From Candidatus Thorarchaeota archaeon (GTDB lineage: Archaea; Asgardarchaeota; Thorarchaeia; Thorarchaeales; Thorarchaeaceae): 64,000 nucleotides of DNA. Position numbers and translations under genes: made by a program. Positions 43,646-53,111 of the stretch are shown piece by piece. Location: positions 224,001 to 288,000 of the forward strand of contig CAVSBO010000004.1 of the NCBI GenBank assembly GCA_963726195.1, written 5' to 3'. Each line of letters starts with the position of its first letter. Position 1 is the first letter of the stretch. Under the pieces are notes generated by a model. That model searched no databases. It saw nothing but the letters and a program-made list of their open reading frames with translations, and was not told the DNA's origin.

Positions 43646-44554
43646 ATGGTCCGATGCTCTCTATGCGGGCAGGAAGAACTCTGTTTCACCTGTCAATACT
43701 GCAAGGGAGTGTTTTGTGCCGAGCACCGTCTTCCGGAGAGCCACGGATGTCCGAGCCTGCAAAGAGCTCGTGATGATGCTAGGAAGAGGATAGCCGATTC
43801 GTTCAGTGGCGAGTACTTAGAGGAAGAAGAAGACACCGAGGAGAACACGACTTCTGTTCGGGCGCCAGTCATAAGACGGCCTCTAGAAGCTCGTCCAGCG
43901 ACACGGTCGAGGTTTTCATCCCAAGAGAAGAGAGACATTGTCATTGCTTCAGTTCTCGTCAGCTTGGTCGCGTTGTCCATGATAGGGAGTCCTAGCGGAA
44001 TAGTCTCAACGCTGCTCATTCTCCCTAGCATAATCTCCGCTGGGTTGTGGTGGTACCCGACGACGCTTGTCATCATCTTTCTCTCATCATTCATGATACA
44101 CGAGATGGCCCACAAGTTCGTGGCACAGCACTATGGGATGTGGAGCGAGTTCAGGATGCTGCCCTATGGCTACTTCCTGTCAGCCATGGCAATACTGTTC
44201 TCAATTCCTGTGTTTGGTACTGGCGCAGTGTTCACATCGGGATCTACGAGTCCTGACAGGGATGCCAAGTCGACCTTGGCTGGCCCCTTGTCAAACGCTG
44301 TCTTGGCCTCGATATTCACGGTCGTTGGTGTAATTGCATTCCTCTTCACAGGACTGCACTTCCCGTTTAGCTATGTGATACAATATGCAGCAGCTCTGAA
44401 TAGCATGCTCGGTTTGTTCAACCTGATACCATTTCCTCCGTTTGATGGGGCCCGAATCGTGCTATGGAGGAAAGGAGTTTGGGCCGCCATGCTTGTAGCG
44501 CTGTTTGCTTTGCTGATTGCAGACTATTGGTTCATCCCGATGCTCTGGAGTTAA
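43646..44554 (+). CDS. AN1 zinc finger fused to M50 (site-2) intramembrane metalloprotease
   Basis: CSLC..FTCQYCKGVFCAEHRLPESHGC; HEMAH; AGPLSN; FNLIPFPPFDG. Confidence 0.9.
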   Translation: MVRCSLCGQEELCFTCQYCKGVFCAEHRLPESHGCPSLQRARDDARKRIADSFSGEYLEEEEDTEENTTSVRAPVIRRPLEARPATRSRFSSQEKRDIVIASVLVSLVALSMIGSPSGIVSTLLILPSIISAGLWWYPTTLVIIFLSSFMIHEMAHKFVAQHYGMWSEFRMLPYGYFLSAMAILFSIPVFGTGAVFTSGSTSPDRDAKSTLAGPLSNAVLASIFTVVGVIAFLFTGLHFPFSYVIQYAAALNSMLGLFNLIPFPPFDGARIVLWRKGVWAAMLVALFALLIADYWFIPMLWS

Positions 44555-44719
44555 CGCAATCGAGGCACTAGCTGCCTAGACTGAACGGATTCGCGAACTG
44601 AAAACAGGCCTGGGTAAGTTCTCTCCATGAGTGACGTGGCCTGTGCATGTGAAACTCATATAAGCGACTCCCATTGCATAAGACTGAGGCGAGCGAAATG
44701 GAATCCGAAAGAAGAGAAC

Positions 44720-45178
44720 GTGCTTCGGCAATTCGACAGTATGAGAACAAGGATTGAAGGACTTCTCGACAACCTTGAGAAAGCGAGTCAATCCTCAAGT
44801 GATTTGGACGAGATCACGAAGGAGCGCGACGAGCTGAAAGCTCAGATGATGCAGATAACCGGAAAGCTTGAGCGGGTCTCGGAACTCTATAGAGAAGCCT
44901 CCACTGAAAAGGATAAGCTCAAAGAAAAAGTGGACGTAAGCGGCCTGCTTGCGATTTACATAACGCTCATTGAGACAGTCTTTGGAGGAAAGCCCCACGC
45001 CCGTGTCCTCTACACTTTACATAACACGAAGAAGGCAATCACTAGGAAGAACCTGGAGTCAAGCACGGGTATTATGTCAACCGCAATCATGAAAGCTATT
45101 CATGATCTCCGGAACTCCAATCTGGTGTCATACGACGAAGACACGCAAGAAGTGAAGCTAATCAAGGACATCTTCTAG
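44720..45178 (+). CDS. Coiled coil plus C-terminal winged-helix protein (start uncertain)
   Basis: Heptads, then HARVLYTLH..ITRKNL..AIMKAIHDL..LVSYD..VKL. Confidence 0.7.
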   Translation: MLRQFDSMRTRIEGLLDNLEKASQSSSDLDEITKERDELKAQMMQITGKLERVSELYREASTEKDKLKEKVDVSGLLAIYITLIETVFGGKPHARVLYTLHNTKKAITRKNLESSTGIMSTAIMKAIHDLRNSNLVSYDEDTQEVKLIKDIF

Positions 45179-45226
45179 TGGCAACGCGCTCTCCAGCGCG
45201 CAGCCTGAACAAAGAGTGGGCAACAC

Positions 45227-46231
45227 ATGCATTCGAGAATCACTTACAGCCCCGTTCTGAGAAAGTACGTGAAAGCGCACAACTTGGAAGAGAAGCTATA
45301 TTCGATAGTAGATCTACTGGGCACTGATGCTCAAGATGTCATAAGATGGGCGGAGTCGGAAGCCAGCCGCAGGAATCGGGAAGGGTCCGCCCCGGAGAAT
45401 TCGGATCTTGGAAAAGTCATGTTCGAGCTCATAGGGAATGAAGCCGCGGTCAGACTGATTCAGTACAACGAATCGAGAGGTAGATTGACAACTCGGAGTG
45501 AAGTGAGTCTTAGGACAGGACACAGGGCTGACATGCCCTACCTGTATCAGGAGGCGGGATTGAGGCATCCTCAGGAGGCTAGGAATCTCCGCCATAATTT
45601 GTTTCATCGGTCCTTCACCGCCTTGGTCTCACGTATATTTCCAGATGTGACCACAAGTGTGCCTGTCACAGGTGAAGGTTTGACGCCTGACCTCATGGTG
45701 AACCACAGGAATCCTGACTGGACGCTCTGTGTCGAATACAAGGGTTATCGCTCCATGACGCTTCTGAGTGAAGCAGAAATCATCAAGGCCATGCGATATC
45801 AGCAGGCCTACGGTTCTGCATGGCTTGTCACAACAACCATGAAGACAGTTCAGTCTCTCTACGGCAGCAAACTCTCGTCCGAGAAGCTAATTGAGGGCGG
45901 CATTGTCAGACTTGAGCGAATCACGAAGCGGAAGACCTTCACCGACGAACAACGGGAAATCAGGGGCATTGCAAAGAAGGGTCTTTTGCAGCTCGAGAAA
46001 GTGCGCGGCATGAGCCTGCGGTGCGATCTAGTATCTGCAGATGACATGATTGCGTCCTGTCGTCAAGGAACTCCAATCAAGGCCTTGGCGATAACTACTG
46101 GCCTTGAACTGGCTGAGATGCTTGACAAAGAAGGCCTAGGAGAGCAGGCCACACAGATCAGAAGAGTGATGAAGGTGCCAACGGACCTTCTACATAGCGA
46201 CTCGGTGACGTCACTTCGGCTCTTGAGCTGA
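45227..46231 (+). CDS. PD-(D/E)xK nuclease-fold protein
   Basis: LTPDLMV...LCVEYKG...AMRY..AWLVTT. Confidence 0.65.
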   Translation: MHSRITYSPVLRKYVKAHNLEEKLYSIVDLLGTDAQDVIRWAESEASRRNREGSAPENSDLGKVMFELIGNEAAVRLIQYNESRGRLTTRSEVSLRTGHRADMPYLYQEAGLRHPQEARNLRHNLFHRSFTALVSRIFPDVTTSVPVTGEGLTPDLMVNHRNPDWTLCVEYKGYRSMTLLSEAEIIKAMRYQQAYGSAWLVTTTMKTVQSLYGSKLSSEKLIEGGIVRLERITKRKTFTDEQREIRGIAKKGLLQLEKVRGMSLRCDLVSADDMIASCRQGTPIKALAITTGLELAEMLDKEGLGEQATQIRRVMKVPTDLLHSDSVTSLRLLS

Positions 46232-46293
46232 GTTCACATATCGTTGCCATCGACCATGCCTGACGAACCATTTGCGCCAAGCTTTATCAGTCT

Positions 46294-46749
46294 GTGGCAG
46301 TCTCAGCTCGCACGTTAACTCTGAAGAAGCTGTTCGTCTTGCCGGAAGCCAGGCATTCAAGACAATTGAGCGCGAAGAGCGTGCCCTCTCATCTTAGGGA
46401 GCTGCTGAAGGACCTATGCACCACATCACCCGTGCTTGGAGCAGCCATCTTCACTGTTGAGGGACTACCTTTTGTTAGCTACTTCAACACGGGCACTGAA
46501 GACGTCACTGTTGCTGCCATGGTTGCCAGTCTTCATTCCACAAGTGTTCAGATGCTCAACGAACTACGACAAGGTTCCCTAAAGTCAATAATCATAGAAG
46601 GCACAGGCGGAAAGACAGTCGTAGTGTCTGTTCCACCTGGGTATGTCTTGGCAGTTATCGCTCCTGATATCGCGCGGACGGGACTTGTGTTCGGCGATGC
46701 TAAACGTGTCGCAAGAGAATGCACCAGACTAATCGAGCAAGTTGGTTGA
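46294..46749 (+). CDS. Roadblock/LC7 domain protein
   Basis: GAAIFTVEGLP, VAAMVASL, ELRQG.LKSIIIEG..G, GLVF. Confidence 0.88.
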   Translation: MAVSARTLTLKKLFVLPEARHSRQLSAKSVPSHLRELLKDLCTTSPVLGAAIFTVEGLPFVSYFNTGTEDVTVAAMVASLHSTSVQMLNELRQGSLKSIIIEGTGGKTVVVSVPPGYVLAVIAPDIARTGLVFGDAKRVARECTRLIEQVG

Positions 46750-46760
46750 GCGAGTCTCGA

Positions 46761-47595
46761 ATGACAGAATCCTATCCGTTTCAGCACCACCCTTGTTGGT
46801 CGGAGAGTAGAACAGAGCTTTGGGAAAGAATCCACCTTCCGGTAGCGAGAGGCTGTAATGTCAAGTGTGCGTTTTGCGACGGCCTCTCTGCAGTCTCTTG
46901 TCACGTGCAGCGTCCCGGCACTGCAAGTCGAACGATGCCAGCTGAGCGTGCAGTCGAAGTTGCGAAGAGAGAATTGAGTCGGCGAGCAAATCTTCATATA
47001 GTCGCAGTCGCGGGTCCCGGTGAACCTTTGGCTAATGCTGCCACTTTCGAGGTTATGAACAAGCTGAGTCGACAGCTGTCCCAAAGTTCACTTCTGTCTG
47101 AGCACGAACGGAGTCCTTCTGGCAGATAGGGTGAACAAGCTTGTCCGTCTGGGCATTGAGAGCCTGAGCGTCTCCATGAGTACAAGTGAGCCTGCAACTG
47201 CCGCAACAATCTATGAATGGGCCGAACTCTGTGGGACGCGGGTTACTGGAATCGGCATGGGCAAGAGAATCGTGGAGATGCAGCTAGCCGGAATCAGACA
47301 AGCAACAGATGCGGGAATTCACGTGAAGATCAATTCGGTGCTTATCCCCGAAGTGAACGATGAAGACATTGCCACGTTGGCCGAGGACGCGGCCTTCGCG
47401 GGGGCTGAACTTCAGAACATTATTCCACTAGTGCCTTGTGGGACGATGTCGACGTATAGACCGCCAAGTTGCGAGGAACTAGAACAAGCAAGAGCAGGGG
47501 CTCGCAAGCATATCAAGCAGTTCTGCAGTTGCCGTCAGTGCAGGGCAGACGTGGTTGGCATTCCCGGTGCTGACACTTTGATCTGGAGTGGTTAG
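46761..47595 (+). CDS. NifB-like radical SAM protein (indel at ~47085)
   Basis: HPC, RIHLPVARGCNVKCAFC, VAGPGEPLAN, KINSVLIP.VND, QNIIPL.P, CRQCRAD.VG. Confidence 0.82.
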
Positions 47596-48410
47596 AGAAC
47601 CACCAAGCATCCAACCTCGACGAGTTTGTTGACCAGAAACCAAATTGCGTTTCTGTCGTACTGCAGAGAATCCATAATGTCCTTGACGCGTCTCGTTCCA
47701 TCACAGACTTTCAGTATATCGTCCACTGGCTCTCCATATTCTCCTCTCAGTTTCTGCAGTGCTGATGGACTGCAGTCTCGCTTGCCGAGCCTATCCGAAT
47801 CTACAAGCTTCTTCTTGAATTCAATCCATCCATACTTCTGCAGAATCGAGACGAGGGCCACAACTTGGGTTTCAGGCAGGTCAATGAGATTCATAATCTC
47901 GCCAATCGTGCGCTTCCCATTGATGTATCCTTCAAGCCTCTCGAGCTGACTGTCAATCACGCCGACCCGGAACGGTATGTGCTGACCTTCCTTTCGACGT
48001 AGTGGAACCAGGTTGACATCGGGTTCGCTATAGGGAAACTCAGTAAGTATGGTCCAAGCAAACTCCCTGAATCGCCTTATGTCTCCTTCGAAGGCCCTGA
48101 TCTTCTCGCCATGTTCCTCTTCGAGGAGCCTGAGAATCTTGACAAGGCGTTCACGATAGGGGGCTTCGTCAGGTACAGGGTCCACGACCAATAGGACGAG
48201 AACAGTCTCTCCCACTTCAATGAGAATATCATAGGCGGCTTTGCGGATTGTTCTAATGGGTGTCTTCGCGAAGATGATGACCGCCGACACAAACCCTGCT
48301 ATCAAGTCGGGATCAACTGTCATCTCTGCATACGGCACGCTCAAGATTGACTCGCCACCTTCAAGGCGAATCAAGGAAACGTACCGGACTTTGGACACAT
48401 CCAGCGGCAT
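47592..48410 (-). CDS. Longin plus tandem winged-helix protein (NPRL2-like), paralogue A
   Basis: VRYVSLIRLEGGESI..VDPDLIAGFVSAV longin; YINGKRTIGEI..LQKYGWI and CDGTRRVKDI..LVEVGCL wHTH repeats. Confidence 0.72.
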   Translation of the reverse strand: MPLDVSKVRYVSLIRLEGGESILSVPYAEMTVDPDLIAGFVSAVIIFAKTPIRTIRKAAYDILIEVGETVLVLLVVDPVPDEAPYRERLVKILRLLEEEHGEKIRAFEGDIRRFREFAWTILTEFPYSEPDVNLVPLRRKEGQHIPFRVGVIDSQLERLEGYINGKRTIGEIMNLIDLPETQVVALVSILQKYGWIEFKKKLVDSDRLGKRDCSPSALQKLRGEYGEPVDDILKVCDGTRRVKDIMDSLQYDRNAIWFLVNKLVEVGCLVVL

Positions 48411-48561
48411 TCTTATCAACACCCGTTACTAACGCGGACACTGCCGGGAGGTGGCGGGAGAGCCGACGCTCTGTTGCAGTTGATATAAGGCTTCTCCTGT
48501 GTAGCAGAGCGGCGCTCTACGCCCAGAGAGAGACACGAAGTCTGAGTAATGCTGTCCATAA

Positions 48562-49406
48562 TCAGGCCTCAGTGAATCCAAGGACGCCTGCGTCCACAAG
48601 ACTCTTGGCCACGGTCAGCAACACTTCCATGCTGTAGGCAAGGAAAGCTGCCACATCCTTCAAGCTCTTGGTCCCATCGCAGAGCTCCACAAACCGGTTT
48701 ATTTGTTCGCCATATACTCCTACGAGAAACTTGTGAGGGTCGCTGAGCTTAACGAGGCAAGTTTCCTCTGTTATCTTTCTGCCAAAGGTTGTCCAGCCGA
48801 AATGATCGAGAATCGATATGATGGCCACCATGTCTTCTTGAGATAGGCCGGTCGATTGCATTATCCCATTTATCGTTCTCTTTCCGTTGATGAAGCTCAC
48901 AACGGTCTGGATCTCTTGTCAGCCTCGCCGACGCTCCAAGGTATGGGGGCGTACCCCTCGAATGCTGGGTCCGATTTCTTGGACAGTCTGGGGACTAGCT
49001 CCCATTCAAACCTGCTGTATGGATAGGCTCCAAGTATGTGCAAAGCAAACTCTCTGAAAGGTCTGACATCCCCTTTCCAACTCTCGAGCTGAACTCCATA
49101 CTCAGTCTCAAAGCTGTTGATGATGCTCTTCAAGACATCTCTGTAGGGGTCCTCGTCATCAACCCTGTCCAAGATGAGCAGCCCGACCATCTGTTTCCCC
49201 TCTTCGATTAGTACCACGTATCCCTCCTTCACAAACCTCCTCAATTGCCTATTCTCGAAAATGACCACTGCGAGCACGAAACTGGCGACCAAATCAGGGT
49301 CTACGCTCATCTCACGATAGGTGATGCCTATGACGGGTTCGCCACCCTCTTTTCGCACGAGCGAGATGTAGCGTACGTGTTCTTCGTAGCTGTTGGTCGC
49401 ACTCAT
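48562..49406 (-). CDS. Longin plus tandem winged-helix protein (NPRL2-like), paralogue B (indel at ~48912)
   Basis: VRYISLVRKEGGEP..VDPDLVASFVLAV; FINGKRTINGI..LDHFGW; CDGTKSLKDV..LVDAGVL; aligns end to end with paralogue A. Confidence 0.72.
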
Positions 49407-49448
49407 CTTACGTTTTCATTCACAATCTCAGATAATAAGATTGCATGT

Positions 49449-50342
49449 CTAGAGGAAGTCAAGCAAACCGGTCTGGGCAATCATGGTTGCTTCTGGATCC
49501 AAGGAAAGCGTGTAACCGATGAGCTGCTTGATGTCTGTGACTATGAAGGCGGACCCAGTCCTAGTGACCAACAGCGAGCCCTTGACACCCACCACATCTC
49601 CCACAAGATGCTGGGCATTTCTTGAAGCCGCAGAGAACTGCCATGGTCTAGGCGGCGTATCGATTTCGGATAGGCCATAATAAGGAGAGAGATCCTCCAA
49701 GACGAAGCTGGATTCAGAAGAGAGTATGTTGTTGGACTCAAGGAACGAACGTGCAAGGTTGCGGGCTGTTGACAAATCCAGAGAGTGAGTAAACGTCGAA
49801 GCCTTTCTTCCTCTGCGCACCTGCTTGGTTATTCCAGTCAAGTGTCCTATGGATTCCTCAGTCTTTCTTGCGCTCATTCCTCCGTCAGCTGTGGAAATGA
49901 CCCCCGCAAAGTCAGCGCCTTGTTCAAGCCAACGAGTCTTGACTCGACCTAGCGTTGACACGCCAACCTTCAAAGTCTGGTCCTTGAAGACTGCAAGATA
50001 CACTGCATATTGGGAATTCTGACATCTGCTCTTGCGGGTGTCAGAAGCACTACAGATTGCGCCGGTGCAACGAATGCAAGGATCAAGTTGATCCATTGCG
50101 GAACATGGGCCACACCGAAGCCCGTTCATTGGCACTGTTCTGCGTTCTGGACAACGGATGTTGTTGCCTGTTGAATCACGACTGCCAATGCACATCCTAG
50201 GCCCTTCAATCGTCCATGACAGGTGGCTGCCGGAGCGAAGAGAAGTGAACGTGGTGATCTCCCCACTATCGTCCCATGAGGCAATTCCGGGGACGAATTC
50301 GTTCTTGACTGGCGAACGCCATACAATGTCGATGACGAGCAT
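49449..50342 (-). CDS. DUF2797-family Zn-binding protein
   Basis: RMCIG..CP..CGPC..CIRC, VYLAVF..LKVG..RWLEQGA, GVKGSLL. Confidence 0.75.
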   Translation of the reverse strand: MLVIDIVWRSPVKNEFVPGIASWDDSGEITTFTSLRSGSHLSWTIEGPRMCIGSRDSTGNNIRCPERRTVPMNGLRCGPCSAMDQLDPCIRCTGAICSASDTRKSRCQNSQYAVYLAVFKDQTLKVGVSTLGRVKTRWLEQGADFAGVISTADGGMSARKTEESIGHLTGITKQVRRGRKASTFTHSLDLSTARNLARSFLESNNILSSESSFVLEDLSPYYGLSEIDTPPRPWQFSAASRNAQHLVGDVVGVKGSLLVTRTGSAFIVTDIKQLIGYTLSLDPEATMIAQTGLLDFL

Positions 50343-50353
50343 CCTGACAGGCC

Positions 50354-51397
50354 TCAAAACCTTAGAAGGCCAGTACCCTGTCCCATCCATTTCGCGCCAG
50401 AGATATTCAGGTCGTGGCTGCATTTTGGACAGTGTCCGTCGTCTCTTAGGTTGTTCTTCTTCATGTACACAGACCAGCGTTCGACTGCCTTGTAGCCACA
50501 GCTCGGACAGAACGTGTTCTCATAATCATGTCCGGGAATATTGCCTGAGTAGACGAACACGAGGCCTGCATCCTTTGCGACCTTGATATGACGTTCCAGA
50601 GTTGATGCTGGTGTGCTCGGGAGACGAGTCATCTTGTACATCGGGCTGAAGGCTGTGAAGTGTATTGGCGTCAGGGGTCCGAGATTCTCGACCACCCAGC
50701 TTGCCATTGTTCTGGTGTCCTCTTCATGATCCCCGATTTCAGGAATGATGAGGTTCGTGATTTCTATGCACACTCCCTTTTCTTTCAAGTGCGCCAGAGC
50801 ATCGTATATTGGCTCGACCTTCGGGACCGACATGTACGTCTTGTAGAACTCCTTGTTGCCGCTGCCCTTGAAGTCCACGGTGGCCGCGTCCAAGTACGGT
50901 GACATGTAGTCGATTGCCTCGGGGGTCATGTACCCGTTTGTCACGAAAGTGTTGTACATTCCTTCTTCATGAGCTATCTTTGCTGTATCATGGGCAAGCT
51001 CCATGAAGATAGTGGGCTCAGTATATGTGTAGCTTAGGCCTGAACAGTCATAGTGTTTGGCCAAACTCACTATGTCTGCGGGTTCAAGGCTTTCTCCAAC
51101 TGGTGTTTCTCTCTGGGATGAATGATAGTTCAGGCAGAACTGGCAACGGAAATTGCAGGAAGATGTGCTGATAGAGAAGGTCCTAGAGCCGGGGGCAAAG
51201 TGAAACAGCGGTTTCTTCTCAATGGGGTCAGCTGCCATTCCGTCGACGAGACCATACACAATGCTATACAAAACGCCGTTTCTTAATGACCGAACGCGGC
51301 AGAAACCGCTTTCACCCTCTTGAATAACGCAACGCCGAGCACATAGATTGCATCGGACTCCATTCTTCAGCTTCGAATACAGAACTGCCTCTTTCAT
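50354..51397 (-). CDS. AmmeMemoRadiSam-system radical SAM enzyme (PFL-activating-enzyme-like)
   Basis: CNLCARRC...DPIEKKPLFHF.PG..CNFRCQFC.N, TYTEP, VTNGY, YSGNIPG..TFCPSC. Confidence 0.88.
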   Translation of the reverse strand: MKEAVLYSKLKNGVRCNLCARRCVIQEGESGFCRVRSLRNGVLYSIVYGLVDGMAADPIEKKPLFHFAPGSRTFSISTSSCNFRCQFCLNYHSSQRETPVGESLEPADIVSLAKHYDCSGLSYTYTEPTIFMELAHDTAKIAHEEGMYNTFVTNGYMTPEAIDYMSPYLDAATVDFKGSGNKEFYKTYMSVPKVEPIYDALAHLKEKGVCIEITNLIIPEIGDHEEDTRTMASWVVENLGPLTPIHFTAFSPMYKMTRLPSTPASTLERHIKVAKDAGLVFVYSGNIPGHDYENTFCPSCGYKAVERWSVYMKKNNLRDDGHCPKCSHDLNISGAKWMGQGTGLLRF

Positions 51398-51541
51398 ATC
51401 GACAGCCCGGTTGGGGGCTCGTCTTATGCTTCTTGTGGTGTGAAAGTGTCAAGATTTCGTCCCACCGAGCACTGATGAACGATGGACTGCTGAGGCCGCA
51501 CATCCGGCAGCCGAAGATGACGTCTCGAAAGCTCGCTGGCA

Positions 51542-52999
51542 CTACACTTCTCCTTTTACTGGCTTCTTCAATGACAAGACCAAGGTCTTGCCGTCAACCA
51601 GCTTGGCAATACCGAGTCTCTGGAAGTCTTCAGCCCACTGCATGACGACAGCAGGCGAAACCCCCAAAGACCTTGCAATCTCTCTGACCACAAGCTGCTG
51701 GTTATCTTCCAGCATTAGAAACGCCCGGGTCTTTTCTGTGGATTGCATGAGTCCCAGATAGCCATCGAGTCTCTTCTGGACGTAGGAAAGCGTCTCCAAT
51801 GCCTCCGAATGGTCTGAGTTCAATCTCTGAAGAGATGCGGATGTGCGCTCGAGTTCAGTCTTCACTCTGTCGAGTTCTCGCATCTTGTCGCCTGACTCAT
51901 AGGCTCTTATTCTCGTCTCGAGATCATCTATCTCTGCTAGGCGTTCACGGGACTGGCTCATTCCGTTCGAAAGCTCCTCAATCCGGGTAAGGGCATCCTG
52001 CAGGTTAAGTTCAGTCCTTGCAAGGTCAGAGGCATACTGCTTTGCCTTTCCCTCCAATTCGTCATTTCTCTTGTTAGATTCGTCGAGCTTGCCTTCAAGA
52101 ACCTCCTGAGAAGCCTCGAGGGCCCGGATGTTCTGCCTGAGCTCTACCATGGTTGCCGAGTCAGTCATTGGGCCAGAACGTAGGCGTACTACGCTATCCT
52201 CTAGATCGTCACTTCGAGCCTTTGTCTCTGACAGTTCCTGCTGCAGTGCATAGACTTCGCTTTCCCGGTTCTTTACTTTCTGCTCGGAGAGATCAAGATC
52301 CCTCTGTAGTTCCTCGATTTGCCGCTGCATGGTCTTAATGTCTTCAGCGACCTCTTTGGGAACCTCTGGGCGCGGCTTCATGGTCAGTTCCTTCGCTAGA
52401 AACTCAACCTCGGTCGTGGTTCTCTGTGTCAGGTCGTCCAGACTCGCTTTCAGGTTGGTCAATTCCTCTGTAGCCAGTTTCGCTGACCCCTTCAAGCCCT
52501 CAGTCAGCTCACGTAGTTTCTCAAGTATGGGCGAGGCCATGTCGGCCGTGAGCGTTGATTCTATCTTACCAAACGACTCGTCGACTATCTGCCTCACTTC
52601 ATGGTCGACGTACGAAGACTGCAAGTTCGTTTTTGCTCCCTGCTTGCTTCTGGTCACGATGTTCTCTTTCAGGGAGACCAGATTGCCTTTGAGACCCACT
52701 AGGAATGATAGCACAACGGGGACCAGGTCTCTCTCTACATGGTCAATGACTCCATCGATTGTTGTCATGTCACGCTCGATTAGGTGAAGGCTATCCTGAA
52801 CTCGTTCTGCGCTCTTCTCAATCTCTATCTGTCTTCGTACCTGTTCTGCCGACTCAATCTTGAAGATATCTTTTGACAGCCTTCCTGAATCAATCAGCTT
52901 GCGTTTCATGCTTTCGTCGACGCCCATCTCAACCAAGAGCTTGTCAATCATCTCGCCTTCGTCGCTGGGAGGAGCCTCTTTTTTCGGAGTCTTTGACAT
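51542..52999 (-). CDS. Long coiled-coil protein with C-terminal winged helix
   Basis: Extended heptads; VREIARSLGVSPAVVMQWAEDFQRLGIAKL. Confidence 0.75.
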   Translation of the reverse strand: MSKTPKKEAPPSDEGEMIDKLLVEMGVDESMKRKLIDSGRLSKDIFKIESAEQVRRQIEIEKSAERVQDSLHLIERDMTTIDGVIDHVERDLVPVVLSFLVGLKGNLVSLKENIVTRSKQGAKTNLQSSYVDHEVRQIVDESFGKIESTLTADMASPILEKLRELTEGLKGSAKLATEELTNLKASLDDLTQRTTTEVEFLAKELTMKPRPEVPKEVAEDIKTMQRQIEELQRDLDLSEQKVKNRESEVYALQQELSETKARSDDLEDSVVRLRSGPMTDSATMVELRQNIRALEASQEVLEGKLDESNKRNDELEGKAKQYASDLARTELNLQDALTRIEELSNGMSQSRERLAEIDDLETRIRAYESGDKMRELDRVKTELERTSASLQRLNSDHSEALETLSYVQKRLDGYLGLMQSTEKTRAFLMLEDNQQLVVREIARSLGVSPAVVMQWAEDFQRLGIAKLVDGKTLVLSLKKPVKGEV

Positions 53000-53111
53000 T
53001 GTTAGGCCTCGCGGTCTTCAATCAGTCTCAAGTGACTGCTCTTGTGATGCTTGACAATACATAAATCTATTCGCGCGGTGGACAGGTCACTCATAATCGG
53101 TCGAGCCATCC

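Noticed and set aside
48897-48900. TGA at the ORF junction as a selenocysteine codon
   Set aside because: The downstream ORF is in a different frame; a 1-nt deletion explains the junction
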